Source: an uncultured Planctomycetota bacterium
GTDB taxonomy: Bacteria > Planctomycetota > Planctomycetia > Isosphaerales > Isosphaeraceae
NCBI GenBank assembly: GCA_963823665.1
Contig: CAWGMQ010000002.1
Coordinates: forward strand, 160,001-224,000
Length of the DNA: 64,000 nucleotides
Direction of reading: 5' to 3'
Shown here: piece by piece, positions 1-10,644 of the stretch
How positions within the stretch are numbered: position 1 is the first letter of the stretch
Layout: every line of letters begins with the position of its first letter
The notes under the pieces: model-generated
Databases searched by the model: none
Told to the model about the DNA's origin: nothing
The model's input: only the letters and a program-made list of their open reading frames with translations
Made by a program: the position numbers and the translations under genes

Positions 1-1
1 C

Positions 2-985
2 GTCTGGGACGGCACGACCGGCGACCTCCTGGTACCTCCCCTGCCGGCAAGATCGGGCGCTGAGCCAAATCGTGTTTGGTTCAGCCGGGACGATCGGCGC
101 GTCGTTCTGCGATCGAACGCCGGCAGTCTCATTCAGTGGGATCTTCCGGCTCTCGGCGCTGCGATGTTTCCCTCGACCGAATTGATGGATCTTCTTGTCG
201 GCCTAACGATCGATGAGACGGAGGGCATCGCGTTCGTGGACATGAACACCTTCCGCGACGCACCGGAACATTTCGGCGAGATTTGGTTGTACTGGATCGA
301 TCACGGCTTGCTCCAAACGCCGGCACGCGTCGGCGATAACCGTTCCGTGGGCATGCCGGCCCCGGAGCCGAAAGGTCGCGAGTTAGCGGGCTGGGGATTG
401 GCCATCGACCCGGACAACGATTGCGAAATCCGTGCTGAGCAGAATGTTCTGTCCTTGCGGGTGCCCGGCCGTTTGCACGACGTGTCTCCCGATGGAAGCC
501 TGGCCAATGCACCGCGCGTCCTGCGCTCAGTGCAAGGTGATTTCGCTTTCACAGTTAAGGTCGTCGCCAAATTCCAACCTGGCCCAACGTCTGTTAATCC
601 TCGGATATTATCGCAGAACAGGGCCGGCATCCTTGTCTGGAACAATTCGGAAAACTTCATTCGGCTAGATCGGGTCGCCATTTTTCGCGATGGAAAAACC
701 TTCGGCGGCGTCCTCCTGAGTTCGGTGACCGATGGCCAGCCTCCGCCCCTCCTCGGCGAAACAGCTCAGCACGAAACGTACTATGTGCGAGTTCATCGCA
801 AGGGAAACGTCATTATCGGTGCGTTCTCCAAGGACGGCACCAAATGGACGGAGCTCAAGCCGATCGAAATTAGCTGGCCGGCAACGCTGAAAGTTGGGCT
901 CGACGCGGCGAACTCCAGTTCCGAGCCGTTTTCGGTGGAATTCAAAGAGGCGGATCTCCAGGCCAACGGCGCTGCATCGAAGTAG
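2..985 (+). CDS. C-terminal part of a multidomain protein (end of a WD40-like repeat followed by a DUF1349/ConA-like beta-sandwich domain); 5' end lies outside the window
   Basis: The frame of ORF 164..985 is open back to position 2 (VWDGTTGDLLVPPL...LIQWDLP, WD40-like). The C-terminus has NAPRVLRSVQGDF...AGILVW...FSKDGTKW, typical of DUF1349. Confidence 0.6.
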   Translation, partial: VWDGTTGDLLVPPLPARSGAEPNRVWFSRDDRRVVLRSNAGSLIQWDLPALGAAMFPSTELMDLLVGLTIDETEGIAFVDMNTFRDAPEHFGEIWLYWIDHGLLQTPARVGDNRSVGMPAPEPKGRELAGWGLAIDPDNDCEIRAEQNVLSLRVPGRLHDVSPDGSLANAPRVLRSVQGDFAFTVKVVAKFQPGPTSVNPRILSQNRAGILVWNNSENFIRLDRVAIFRDGKTFGGVLLSSVTDGQPPPLLGETAQHETYYVRVHRKGNVIIGAFSKDGTKWTELKPIEISWPATLKVGLDAANSSSEPFSVEFKEADLQANGAASK

Positions 986-1432
986 TGCTGGCCGCACGGC
1001 AAGAGCTAGTGCTGACAGCCGTCTTTGCGTAAACCGCAAGCTGACCTGCCACTGAGCGCCCGTGACGCACCGGCAACCCGGCGGCCGTCATGCAATGTCC
1101 CGTCTCGACTCCGGCGATCCTTGGCCGAACGAGCCAAGCAGTGAGACCGCCTCGGTCCCATTGCTCGGGAATGAATAGACGGAGAACCGCTGCCTGCTCG
1201 GGTGCCGAGTATCAGAGACTAGCGAGAAATCAAGCGAGACTGAAGATGCTTCCCAAACGGCCGTTGACCAGCTCGAGCATCGCGGGCCGTCGCTTCGCGC
1301 GACTGATGCCTCGGCCGTGCGCGGCGGCGCCGAATACTTCGCGCTCCAGTCCGACGATACGCCCGCCCGCTTCAGCCAAGACGAACGGTAGGCCCAGTGC
1401 AATGGGGTATCACGCGCGTAACCAGTCCGGTT

Positions 1433-2047
1433 CTATCGAAGAATCGCACGCACCGGCGCCCCATCAGCCCCAACCAGCTTCATGGGAAGCGCAATCAGCT
1501 CATAAACACCGTCAGGAACACCCGAAAGCTCGAGCGATTCGAGAATCGTGATCCCATTCGCCCCCAATGCGTGATGAACCGGCAGAGTCTTGCTGTCCAG
1601 TTGGTCGACCGACGGAACATCGAGCCCCACCAGAACGACCCCCTGTCGACTGAGCCACTCCGGAAGATCTTCATCCATGACGGGGATACTCGCCGGAAAG
1701 CACGCGTGGTCCGTCCACGAGCCCGTGTGAAACAGCACGCGAGGTGTCCTCGAAAGATCGAACCGCTCCACATCCTCCCGCCGAATTCGCAAGGAGCCGG
1801 CAATAGAGATCACCCGTGCAGGTCCGATAAACGGCTCCAGCCCGACCGCGTCAATGGTGGCACCTGCGTCATCGTAATGAAACGGCGCATCCGCATGAGA
1901 CCCGGTATGAACGCTCAGCCCAAACTGGCCCACATTCACCGTCGCCCCGTCCTGCTTCCTCCACGTCCAGGTAAATCGGAACGGCGTGTCATCAGGCCAG
2001 ACGGCGAGCGAATCACTCATCGGAATCGTTATGTCGTGGATCGTCAT
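1433..2047 (-). CDS. kynB: Cyclase-family protein / kynurenine formamidase (arylformamidase)
   Basis: MTIHDITIPM start, VWPDDTPF, HTGSHADAPFH (HxGxHxDAPxH metal motif), GLDVPSVD, ILESL, and C-terminal GADGAPVRAIL. Confidence 0.8.
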   Translation of the reverse strand: MTIHDITIPMSDSLAVWPDDTPFRFTWTWRKQDGATVNVGQFGLSVHTGSHADAPFHYDDAGATIDAVGLEPFIGPARVISIAGSLRIRREDVERFDLSRTPRVLFHTGSWTDHACFPASIPVMDEDLPEWLSRQGVVLVGLDVPSVDQLDSKTLPVHHALGANGITILESLELSGVPDGVYELIALPMKLVGADGAPVRAILR

Positions 2048-2287
2048 TTGATTGGTTGGCTCCAGACTCGTCGATTCGCTCCCGAATTGCAGTAGCCTGG
2101 ATCGAGATCTCCCAGTCGACGTCCCAGATTCGCAATCTCAGGCGGCGGCGATGGTACATCACGCGGAGCACATCAGCTACAATAAATGGGCAACCAGCAG
2201 GAGCAGCGCGAAAACTGCTGGACACGTGTAGCAGCGAGCACTTAGCCTGTGGGAATGGGCAACAACGACAAACGATGAGAAAAAGCG

Positions 2288-2581
2288 ATGGCAACCTCGA
2301 CCGTCACCCATTACCAGCACTTGGAGGCGCGTCCCGGCTCCAACTATCGCCAGCTCTTCTTGAAGGATCGCCGCATCCGCGCTGCCGTCGTCTACGAAGC
2401 AGTCCACGGTCCCGACCCTTACTCTCCCGATGAGTTCGCCCGCGAGTACGCTGTGCCTCTGGAAGCGGTGCGCGAGGCGCTCGACTACGTCGCCAACAAC
2501 ATGGCGTTGATCGAAGCGGAGCGGGACCGCGAAGCAGCTGACGTCCGAGCCCGTCATCTCGATCGTCCAAAGCAGTCGTAA
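2288..2581 (+). CDS. DUF433-family antitoxin-like protein
   Basis: 97 aa with RRIRAAVVY...SPDEFAREYAVPLEAVREALDY, the DUF433 helix-turn-helix pattern. Confidence 0.75.
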   Translation: MATSTVTHYQHLEARPGSNYRQLFLKDRRIRAAVVYEAVHGPDPYSPDEFAREYAVPLEAVREALDYVANNMALIEAERDREAADVRARHLDRPKQS

Positions 2582-2693
2582 CGACCCACGTCATAACCTG
2601 ACCGAGCGGGCTATCGCGACGGCACTTTCAAACTTGGAGTCTTCTGGAAACGCCCTCGCCGACGCAATCCACGTCCTGAATCATTGGCGTTGA
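2580..2693 (+). pseudogene. C-terminal remnant of a DUF5615/PIN-like toxin
   Basis: Translates NDPRHNLTERAIATALSNLESSGNALADAIHVLNHWR* with no start codon, directly behind the DUF433 gene. Resembles the ...LNHWR ending of DUF5615-type toxins. Confidence 0.6.
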
Positions 2694-2719
2694 GTTTCCG
2701 TCCATCCGTTCCCGATCCA

Positions 2720-5700
2720 TCAAAGCCCGGCCACGGCGCTCTTCCGCCGAAGCTGAAGTACTTTGGCGTCAGGATCAACAACGACTTTCACCGGCTCGAA
2801 GTGACTCTTGATCTCAACCTTCTTCGACTCACCCTTCCCCAACACAACCGTCGCACGTGCTTCCTTGTAATCAGCCGAAGCCGATCCATCCTTGTTGAAC
2901 CGTTCCCCGCGCGTCGCAGCGATCTCAACCGGCATCTCCCCGCTTCCGGCATTCTCCACCCGCACGCTCACGTCCCAGCTTTCCCCCCGCGCCGTTTTCT
3001 TCGCGTCGTGCAACACATATTCAGGCACCACCACTTCATGGAACCACTGATGAGTAAAGGCGTCGAACGCGGCGGGATCAGCGGCGAACGGCCGCATCGA
3101 GACCAGAAAATCTTGAAGGACGGGATGATCCGTATTGGCTTGATACGTCTTGATGAACGCCCGCATGCCGGCCAGGGCCTTGTCGCGTCCCATCTGGTTG
3201 AGGAGCATCCAGAAGACCCAGCCTCCCTTGTCGTAAGTGACAGTGGTGTCGCCAGGGCGCTCGCCGGTGATCTTCACCAGCGGGAGCTCTGAGTCAGACT
3301 GCCGGCTCCGAGTATAACTCGCCTCGAGCCGCTTGCAAAAATCAATGCGGGAGTTCAATCCCTTCGCCTGCTCAACCAGCAGAATGGTCGAGAAATGCGC
3401 AGTGCCTTCCGAGAGGATGTTGCCCCCAGGTCCCTTGCCCGGCGAAAGCAGGTTGCCCCACCACTGGTGCGCCGCCTCATGCGACGTGATCTCGAACGCA
3501 GCGTGGTTCTCCGGCGTGCTCGAAGTCAAGAAGCCGATACCCTCGGAGAACGTGATATTCGTGGGAAATCCCTGCGCATAGCCGGCAAGGTTGGGAAACT
3601 CGCTGAGCTTCAGCTCGCGCCACGGAAACGGGTAAAACCACTCGGAACAATAACGACGCGCCGCGTCGAGCGCCTCGCGCATCTCGGCGATGTTGTAAGG
3701 ATGCCCGCGGTAGTAGTAAACGGCTGTCCCTTCGCCGCGCTCCACCTGCCATCGTCCCGCAATCACGTTGAAGAAGCTCACCGGAAAGTCGCTCTCCCAG
3801 ACCACCGTGCGGCGGCCATCTTTCACATCTTCGGCAGTCTTCGTGCCCACTGAATTGATGGTGAAATCTTCCGGCCCCGTGACCGTGATCTTCGTCGTAT
3901 AAGGCGCTCTGGCCCCCATGAAGGAATCCGTCTGCCCCTTGTAGAAGTCGTCACGATATTCCTTGGGATCTTGACGGTTCTCGTCGTCGATCCCGACCGA
4001 GTCTTGAAACCCGAGCAAGGGTACGATGCTCGGGCGAAAGCTCGTCAAAACAACCGATGAAGGGAGGATGAACTCCGGAGCACCGCCACCACGCTTGCTG
4101 ATCCCCCGCGGAAAAGTCCCCTCGTGTTCGAACCCGATCTCCACTTTCTGGCCGGGCGCGAACGAGCCCCCCGGTGGAATGAACACGTATAAATGTGAGC
4201 GGTCGATCGGTGACACCGGTTCACCCCCCATCGTCCACGAAAGCTTCTCCCAGTGTAGACCACCCGTCAGCAAGATTTCGTCAAGCGGCTTCTCGCCGAG
4301 ATTGACCAGCAGATATTTGCCCTTTGCATGGTATCGATGCTTTTCCGGAAAGAGGTCCAGCTCGAGCGTCACGTGCTGAATATCAGGCACCCTGGCATCG
4401 CGATACGTGGCGAGGTTCTTCCGCCAGTAATCCTTCGCCTGCTTCTCTGCCGAGCCTCCTTCGTAGCCCCAGCCGACCAGAAGAGCGAGCCAGATGCCCG
4501 CCGCCAGCGGCACAATGGCCCACGGCAACAGCCTGAGCACAGTGCGGAAGAGCGAAACCGGCCGAAGGCGGTGGATGAATCGTGTCGCATCAACTTCGCG
4601 CCAACGCGCAAACCGCAGTGTCATCGCCACGAAGAGGACCGTCACGCCCACTGCAAGCACGCGGCTCAAGACAATCGCAATGCGATCCAGCTCCAGCGTA
4701 CTGATGTCGCTCGCGTGTACCGCACTCCAGAGCGGCCAGTTCCCCACCCAGTTGATCCGGTCGGTCATGAGGCGATAACCCGTGAAGTAGAGCAAAGGCA
4801 GCGCGAGCGCATACGTCGTGTACCGATTCTGAGTGATCGTGTGAACCAAAGTCACAAAGCCGGTCCACACCAGAATCGAGGGAGCGAGCAACAACCCCCA
4901 GTAGAGCAAGAACGGCCGGAGCTGGACGCCGACTTTTTGCTGGATCGCGAGCGCGATCAACCCCGCCACGAAAAGCGCGATCACGACGACGATCGCAACC
5001 ACCGCCAGTGCGATGCTCTTCCCCAGCAAGAACGCGCCGCTGCGAACGGGCGTGGCAAACGCGATCGCCGCCAGCCGCGTCGACCGCTCCCGCTCGATCG
5101 CCTCGACTGTGTAAAACAGCAGAAGAAGGCAGAGGCACGTGATCAGCGTGCCCATCGTGCCCACGGCGAAACGAACCGGCGTGATGAGCAGCGACGTGTC
5201 GAGAAAGCTCACTTCGATGAGCGCCGTGGCAACCGTCTGCAGCAAGATCAGCGGAATGAACAGATAAAGCCCTGGGCTAGAGCGCAGCTCGATAAGCTCG
5301 ATTCTCGCCACGTGCCAGGCACCCGCCAGCAAGCCCGGGCGCGCTGACCTCATCCCCAGCGATTCCAGTGCTGCCGCCCGCTTGACAACAACCGGTAATG
5401 GATTGGGCTCCGCCGCCAAAATAGCGTGCTTCCTGGTTCGTTGCGAGACAACTCCGCGCAGTCGTCTCGTGAAATGCCAGCGGCCCAGAGCCACGGCCAG
5501 TAAGCCCAGTCCAATGAAGACCGCACGGCTGATCAGGAAACCCCGATCGAGCGGGATCGCCGCCGTGTTGTAGAAGTTTACCCCGCGGTCCACCTTCAGC
5601 CAGGTCTCGTTGAGCCAGCGAAACCCCGCTGAGTCGATCATCATGAGTGCGTAATCGACCCGCGGGTCAAGCCAGCTCGGCGACCACTCCCACAGGAAGA

Positions 5701-6322
5701 AGCCGTTAAGAATCACGATCGCCACCGGCAGCAGAAACACAAGTACAGGCCGGCGCGACCACTCGCCGATTGCAAACGATACACCTGCCAGGAAAACGAT
5801 CGTCGGTACCGAAAAGACGAGCGCAGGTTTGAGGTAATTAAGAAGGTGGAACGAACCGCGAAATTCCTGCGCCTCAGCGTTGGGCATCAGGTGGAAGAAG
5901 AAAGCGCTCGCCGCCAGGTGAATGCACAGGATGCAGAGACATCCTGTCAGCACGGCACCGAACTTCGCCCAGATATATTCGCGCGGGCGAAGCGCCGTCG
6001 CATGGAGCATGTCCCCCAGTCGCCACTCCTCGTCCTGGATGATCGCCATGCCTGCGGCGACGGAGATGAAAAAGGCATAAAACATCGTCGTGAAGATCGC
6101 AAGCTGCATCGCTATGGCAAATTCGGAGGTGATATACGCCTTCGTGCCCCCAACCGAAGCGTCGCCCGAGACAATCCGCACGTTTCCGCCCGAAAGTCCC
6201 CAGGCGGTAAGCGCAAGGACAAGCGCCCACACGGCAAAAAGCGGGCGTCGCGAATGATAGACCAGATCGCCCAGGAACACGGTCCGAAAACGCGACCACG
6301 CCCGCCATGGTCTCCCCATCAT
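2720..6322 (-). CDS. ABC-2 type permease fused to an M1-family aminopeptidase domain
   Basis: Two multi-TM permease halves followed by YAQGFP, HEAAHQWWG (HExxH) ...LSEG and YDKG M1 motifs. Confidence 0.9.
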   Translation of the reverse strand: MMGRPWRAWSRFRTVFLGDLVYHSRRPLFAVWALVLALTAWGLSGGNVRIVSGDASVGGTKAYITSEFAIAMQLAIFTTMFYAFFISVAAGMAIIQDEEWRLGDMLHATALRPREYIWAKFGAVLTGCLCILCIHLAASAFFFHLMPNAEAQEFRGSFHLLNYLKPALVFSVPTIVFLAGVSFAIGEWSRRPVLVFLLPVAIVILNGFFLWEWSPSWLDPRVDYALMMIDSAGFRWLNETWLKVDRGVNFYNTAAIPLDRGFLISRAVFIGLGLLAVALGRWHFTRRLRGVVSQRTRKHAILAAEPNPLPVVVKRAAALESLGMRSARPGLLAGAWHVARIELIELRSSPGLYLFIPLILLQTVATALIEVSFLDTSLLITPVRFAVGTMGTLITCLCLLLLFYTVEAIERERSTRLAAIAFATPVRSGAFLLGKSIALAVVAIVVVIALFVAGLIALAIQQKVGVQLRPFLLYWGLLLAPSILVWTGFVTLVHTITQNRYTTYALALPLLYFTGYRLMTDRINWVGNWPLWSAVHASDISTLELDRIAIVLSRVLAVGVTVLFVAMTLRFARWREVDATRFIHRLRPVSLFRTVLRLLPWAIVPLAAGIWLALLVGWGYEGGSAEKQAKDYWRKNLATYRDARVPDIQHVTLELDLFPEKHRYHAKGKYLLVNLGEKPLDEILLTGGLHWEKLSWTMGGEPVSPIDRSHLYVFIPPGGSFAPGQKVEIGFEHEGTFPRGISKRGGGAPEFILPSSVVLTSFRPSIVPLLGFQDSVGIDDENRQDPKEYRDDFYKGQTDSFMGARAPYTTKITVTGPEDFTINSVGTKTAEDVKDGRRTVVWESDFPVSFFNVIAGRWQVERGEGTAVYYYRGHPYNIAEMREALDAARRYCSEWFYPFPWRELKLSEFPNLAGYAQGFPTNITFSEGIGFLTSSTPENHAAFEITSHEAAHQWWGNLLSPGKGPGGNILSEGTAHFSTILLVEQAKGLNSRIDFCKRLEASYTRSRQSDSELPLVKITGERPGDTTVTYDKGGWVFWMLLNQMGRDKALAGMRAFIKTYQANTDHPVLQDFLVSMRPFAADPAAFDAFTHQWFHEVVVPEYVLHDAKKTARGESWDVSVRVENAGSGEMPVEIAATRGERFNKDGSASADYKEARATVVLGKGESKKVEIKSHFEPVKVVVDPDAKVLQLRRKSAVAGL

Positions 6323-7281
6323 GCCTCACCTCGTTCACCGTGGCCGTGGACGAGCGCCGCACCGTTGGCCAACTCGCGAACCGCAGGTGCACTCGTACCG
6401 GGAAGACTACCGGTTCTGATCGCGACCAGGTACGCATCTTCGAGTGTCGGCGCAATCGGAGCGAACCCGCCAGGCGGCGTACCATTGGGTTCATAGACCC
6501 GCACCCGGTTCCGCCCTTCGACCAGATAAGCCTGGGTCACGCATCGCGCAGGATCGGCCTCGAGCTGCTCGTACTGTGCAGCGGGTATCGAGCCTTCGTA
6601 AATCGTTCCCTCGATCGCCTCGCGGGCCCCGCTTGGCGTCGTGTTGGCCACCAGCCGGCCACTCCTGATCACGGCAAAGCGCGGGCAAAGCACAGCCACA
6701 TCCTCCACGATGTGGGTGGAGAGCAGCACGATCCGGTCCGCGGCCAGCTCGGAGAGCAACCGGTAAAACCGCAGTCGCTCTTCGGGGTCGAGCCCCGCCG
6801 TTGGCTCGTCGACGATCATCAACCGAGGGTTGCCGGCAATGGCTTGCGCGATCCCCAGCCGCTGTCGCATCCCGCCTGAGTACGTCTTGACCTTGCGCCA
6901 GCCTGCAAACGAAAGGTTCACCCGCTCCAGCAAGTCGCGACACAACGCGCGCAGGCCCTGAGGCGCACTCACACCCTTGAGCCGCAACAGGTATTCGAGC
7001 ATTTTCTCGCCGGTCAGGTGCGGAAAAAAACCGAAGTCCTGCGGAAGGTAGCCCAGAACCTCCCAGATACGCTCGGGACGCTTGAGCATCGACTCGCCGT
7101 CGAGAGTCGCAAGGCCCGAGCTCGATTCCAGCAGGCCCGCCAGAATCCTCATCAATGTCGTCTTGCCCGCACCATTGGGCCCCAGCAGACCGAACATCCC
7201 GTTCGGCACGTCCAGATCGATCCCGGCAAGCGCCGTGACGGGGCCGGGGTAGATCTTCACCAGATCACGTATGACGAGCAT
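6319..7281 (-). CDS. ABC transporter ATP-binding protein
   Basis: Walker A GPNGAGKTT, signature YSGGMRQR, Walker B IVDEPT, STH motif. Start moved to the ATG at 7281, which follows a GGAGA RBS. Overlaps the permease gene by 4 nt. Confidence 0.93.
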   Translation of the reverse strand: MLVIRDLVKIYPGPVTALAGIDLDVPNGMFGLLGPNGAGKTTLMRILAGLLESSSGLATLDGESMLKRPERIWEVLGYLPQDFGFFPHLTGEKMLEYLLRLKGVSAPQGLRALCRDLLERVNLSFAGWRKVKTYSGGMRQRLGIAQAIAGNPRLMIVDEPTAGLDPEERLRFYRLLSELAADRIVLLSTHIVEDVAVLCPRFAVIRSGRLVANTTPSGAREAIEGTIYEGSIPAAQYEQLEADPARCVTQAYLVEGRNRVRVYEPNGTPPGGFAPIAPTLEDAYLVAIRTGSLPGTSAPAVRELANGAALVHGHGERGEA

Positions 7282-7512
7282 TCTTTCTCCTTGACTAGCG
7301 ACCACTCGACAATTCGTCGCCGTTAGACAAAGATTTCAGGCACAGGACCGAACATCCTACCGAATACCAACGCGGGAACTGAACACCAGTTCCATAACTG
7401 GTTCGATTCCCGGGTTGTAATCAAGATGAGGCGGGCCGGCCTGCTTTTTGCGGGGGGCTAGGGGCTGACAACCCGAAAACAACAATTTCAATCGAGTTGA
7501 GACGAGCATCCG

Positions 7513-8379
7513 ATGTCGACCAATGATCCCGAATTCTACCAGACACCGAAGTTCACTCCGGAGCAGTACGAGGCCCCTCCGCACCAGCGCGGATGCTTCT
7601 TCTACGGCTGCATCATCGCTATCGTGCTGACGGTGCTCGCGGCGATTTTCGTGGGCATCCTCCTCTTTGTCCTTTACCGCTGGGCAGGTCGCATGGCTGA
7701 AGAATACACCGGCACCGCCCCGGAACAGCTCCCCGTGCTCGAAATGTCCGCTGAAAAGCGTCAAGCGGTGAAAGATCGGGTTGAGGTGTTCCGCAAGGCC
7801 GTGGAAGCCGGGACGACGGTTGAGCCCCTCGTCTTGACCAGCGACGACCTTAATGCCCTGATCGAGGAGAACCCCGAACTGAAGGGTCGCATTTACGTCA
7901 AGGTCGAGGGCGACGAGGTCAAAGGGCGGGTTAGCTTCCCCCTTGATAAACTGAACATGCCAGTGATCGGGGGCCTTGTCAAAGGCCGCTATCTGAATGG
8001 CGAAGCCGATCTCAAGGCATCCCTTCGCGACGGCGTCTTGATCGTCACGCTCGACAATTTTGCGGTCAACGGCAAGAAACCGCCGGAAGATTTCATGAAG
8101 AATATGCGGCAGCAAAACCTCGCCAAAGACGCATACAAGGACGAGAAAACCTCCGAGATGATCCGCAAGCTTGAAAGCCTCGAGATCAAGGACGGAACGA
8201 TTATCCTCAAGGTTCGAGCCAAGACCTCAGGCGCCGGCGAGTCAAAAGACAAGGACAAGAAGTCCGTGCCCGTCGAGCTCGTGCCATCCAAGACGCAACC
8301 ATCCCCCAGCGGAGAGCCGCAGCCCAAAGCAGCGCCCGAGCCGGCTCCCGCCCAGGTAATACCCAAGAAGGCTGCTTGA
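7513..8379 (+). CDS. Hypothetical single-pass membrane protein
   Basis: RGCFFYGCIIAIVL... TM segment, periplasmic domain and Pro/Lys-rich tail; coding-like codon usage. Confidence 0.75.
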   Translation: MSTNDPEFYQTPKFTPEQYEAPPHQRGCFFYGCIIAIVLTVLAAIFVGILLFVLYRWAGRMAEEYTGTAPEQLPVLEMSAEKRQAVKDRVEVFRKAVEAGTTVEPLVLTSDDLNALIEENPELKGRIYVKVEGDEVKGRVSFPLDKLNMPVIGGLVKGRYLNGEADLKASLRDGVLIVTLDNFAVNGKKPPEDFMKNMRQQNLAKDAYKDEKTSEMIRKLESLEIKDGTIILKVRAKTSGAGESKDKDKKSVPVELVPSKTQPSPSGEPQPKAAPEPAPAQVIPKKAA

Positions 8380-8388
8380 TGCCGATGA

Positions 8389-8413
8389 CCCCGGCCGTGA
8401 TGTACGGCCGGGG
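8389..8413. terminator. GC-rich hairpin after the hypothetical gene (no clear U-tract)
   Basis: CCCCGGCCGT-GATGT-ACGGCCGGGG is a perfect 10-bp inverted repeat 10 nt after the stop codon. Confidence 0.45.
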
Positions 8414-8531
8414 CCCTTCATCCGATTGACCCGCACCAGGTTGATATCAAACGGCTCTCGACGATCACCGCGGGTGATATTTCGACAAGAAACAAAGGGA
8501 GAGAAACTCTTTCACACGGCACTAACTTATC

Positions 8532-9095
8532 ATGGCATCGCTCAAGGGTCAGTTGTTGATCGCGTCGACCGGTCTGGTTGACCCCAACTTCGCGCGCACC
8601 GTAGTGCTGATTGCGGCTCACGGCGAGGAGGGTGCGCTCGGGTTGATCCTCAATCGTGAGATGAGCATGCCCCTTCACCAGGTCTGGGGGCAGATCAGCC
8701 AGTCGGAGTGCGTCCGCGGAGGAAACGTGCGCCATGGCGGGCCGGTCGGCGGCACCTTGATGGCGATTCACGACTTGAGGCCCCATGCCAACCTGATCGT
8801 CACCGACGATGTCTACATCGCAACCGAGCTGCACGACATGGAGTCGCTTGCCGGGTCCGATGACGGCCAGGCGATTTTCTACATCGGTCATTCTGGGTGG
8901 GGGCCGGGCCAGCTCGAAAATGAGCTTGCTGAAGGCTCATGGCTGCTCCTGCCGTGCGACCCCCACCATGTCTTCACCGACACCGACAGCGACTTGAATG
9001 CGCTCTGGAAAGACGCCATGAATGAGGCCGGACGCCGCCAGATCCAGTCCGTCATCCCCATCAAGCACATCCCCGACAACCCCAGCCTGAACTGA
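8532..9095 (+). CDS. yqgE: YqgE/AlgH (UPF0301) family protein
   Basis: LKGQLLIA, DPNFARTVVLI, GALGLILNR, GGPV, GHSGWGPGQLENEL..GSW, and C-terminal PSLN. Confidence 0.9.
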   Translation: MASLKGQLLIASTGLVDPNFARTVVLIAAHGEEGALGLILNREMSMPLHQVWGQISQSECVRGGNVRHGGPVGGTLMAIHDLRPHANLIVTDDVYIATELHDMESLAGSDDGQAIFYIGHSGWGPGQLENELAEGSWLLLPCDPHHVFTDTDSDLNALWKDAMNEAGRRQIQSVIPIKHIPDNPSLN

Positions 9096-9166
9096 TCCGG
9101 GCCGAGCAATCCTTTCGGATTCGCCCCTGAGCGATCCCGCCCACAGCACCCGCCCTGCGTTTGTGC

Positions 9167-10644
9167 TCACTCCTTGGTGCGGCCATCACGGATGGCAATG
9201 GCCACCAGGTCATATGCCGTCAGCTTCCCGTCAGGCGATTCGATGCTTGCGGCCAGCTTCATGGCCTCCGCCATCTCGCCGTTGTGCGCGAGGCACCCCG
9301 CAAGATTTCCCAGGGCAACATTGCACGTGCCTGGCGGCATCGAGCGTGCGACCTTGGCAGCCTTGTTGCGTCTCGATCACCTTCAGGGCCCGTCGGCAGG
9401 TCGCCAGCGCAGCGTCACGGTCGCCGAGTGCAAGTTGCTCCTCCGCGTTCAAGAGCAGCAGCTCGCACCGGATCATCGCGTTGGTTCTCGTGCTTCCTGC
9501 GTATCGGATCCTTGGATCCCGTGACCTGAACGATCTCTTCGACAAATGGTTGAGCCTCGAGCGACTCAACAACCGTGACCATCCGGTTGAGCGTGACGCG
9601 GGCAGCGGCTACATTGCCCAGCTCGCGCCGATGCCTGGCAACCAGAGTCAGGGAACCGAGCAATGCAAAATCGCTCTTCTTGGTGTCGACACGATCGATC
9701 GAATCGTAGGCGATTTTCAATGTCGCCAGTGCCGCACCCCTGTCTCCCAGCGTCATCTGCGCCTTCGCAATGTTCGCGAGAGTATCAACCGTAAAGTCGA
9801 ATTCCATTCCTTCCCGCGGCAGCGCAGCGACGGCCTCCTTTGCTGCCTCGAGAGATCGACGAACGAGCTCCTGGCGATTCATTTCTCGATTCCTGCTGCG
9901 CCGCTTGCGCGGCGAACACCAGCAAAGTCCCGACGATCGCAGCGCCCAGCAAGCCGATTCCTTCCGGCACGGTCAATTTCATGGATTGGTCCTCAACCTT
10001 GAAAAGCCGACGAATGCGGGTCATCACCATCCGATCCGCCATCGCGAGCACCCCCGCACGCTTCTGACAGCGCGATCCGGCGAGCGCCACCAGAACTTCT
10101 GCGTAAGCAACCGGCCCGCCGCTTCGACCGACAACGAGCCGGTCACAGCACGACTCTCGCTCCAGAGAGAGCCATTCCGACGACCACCAAATCACCGGGT
10201 GGAAGAACAACAGCGATTCCACCAGCCGCTGGGAGATGTTGATCACGTTGTCCCACCGCCGAAGATGTGCCAGCTCGTGCATCAACACCATTTCGAGCTG
10301 GTCGGCGCTCCAGCCGCAAACAGCAGCCGGTGGCAGAAGAATCAGTGGGCGGAGCACGCCAATGAGCACCGGAACGGCCAGGCGATCGCACACGCCGATG
10401 CTGACCTGCCGTGCAATGTGCAGCGAGTCAGCCAGCGCACGCAGCCGGCGCGATAGCTCGCCACCGGTGATGAGCCGGCTCGATCGCCTCAACCCGCTGA
10501 CGCCGATCAGCCCGGTCAATAGCATCATCAGAGCGCACACTGAGCCGCCAGCACACCAGCTACTCCCCCCACCCAGACCAGATGCAACATCGTCCAGCCC
10601 GCGCCCGTCCATACCGGCGAATCGCTCAAAAGCCTGAAGCTCAT
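9167..10644 (-). pseudogene. Decayed BlaR1/M56 metallopeptidase with a C-terminal helical-repeat region
   Basis: The ATG at 10644 overlaps the blaI stop (ATGA). The N-terminus MSFRLLSDSPVWTGAGWTMLHLVW breaks after about 38 codons. The M56 core (RPLILLP...HELAHLRRWD...FFHPVIWW...ERESCCD) is in another frame. Further frame breaks occur near 9885, 9480 and 9365, and the last fragment ends ...IRDGRTKE* at 9167. Confidence 0.85.

Noticed and set aside
986..1430. ORFs 1088..1402 and 1090..1551, and a GNAT-like snippet (FVLAEAGGRIVGLE) on the minus strand
   Set aside because: No convincing start, RBS or full domain. The similarity is too short to support a call.
7385..7420. GGTTCGATTCCCG resembling a tRNA T-arm
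   Set aside because: No acceptor stem, D-arm or anticodon arm can be built around it. It lies in a divergent promoter region.
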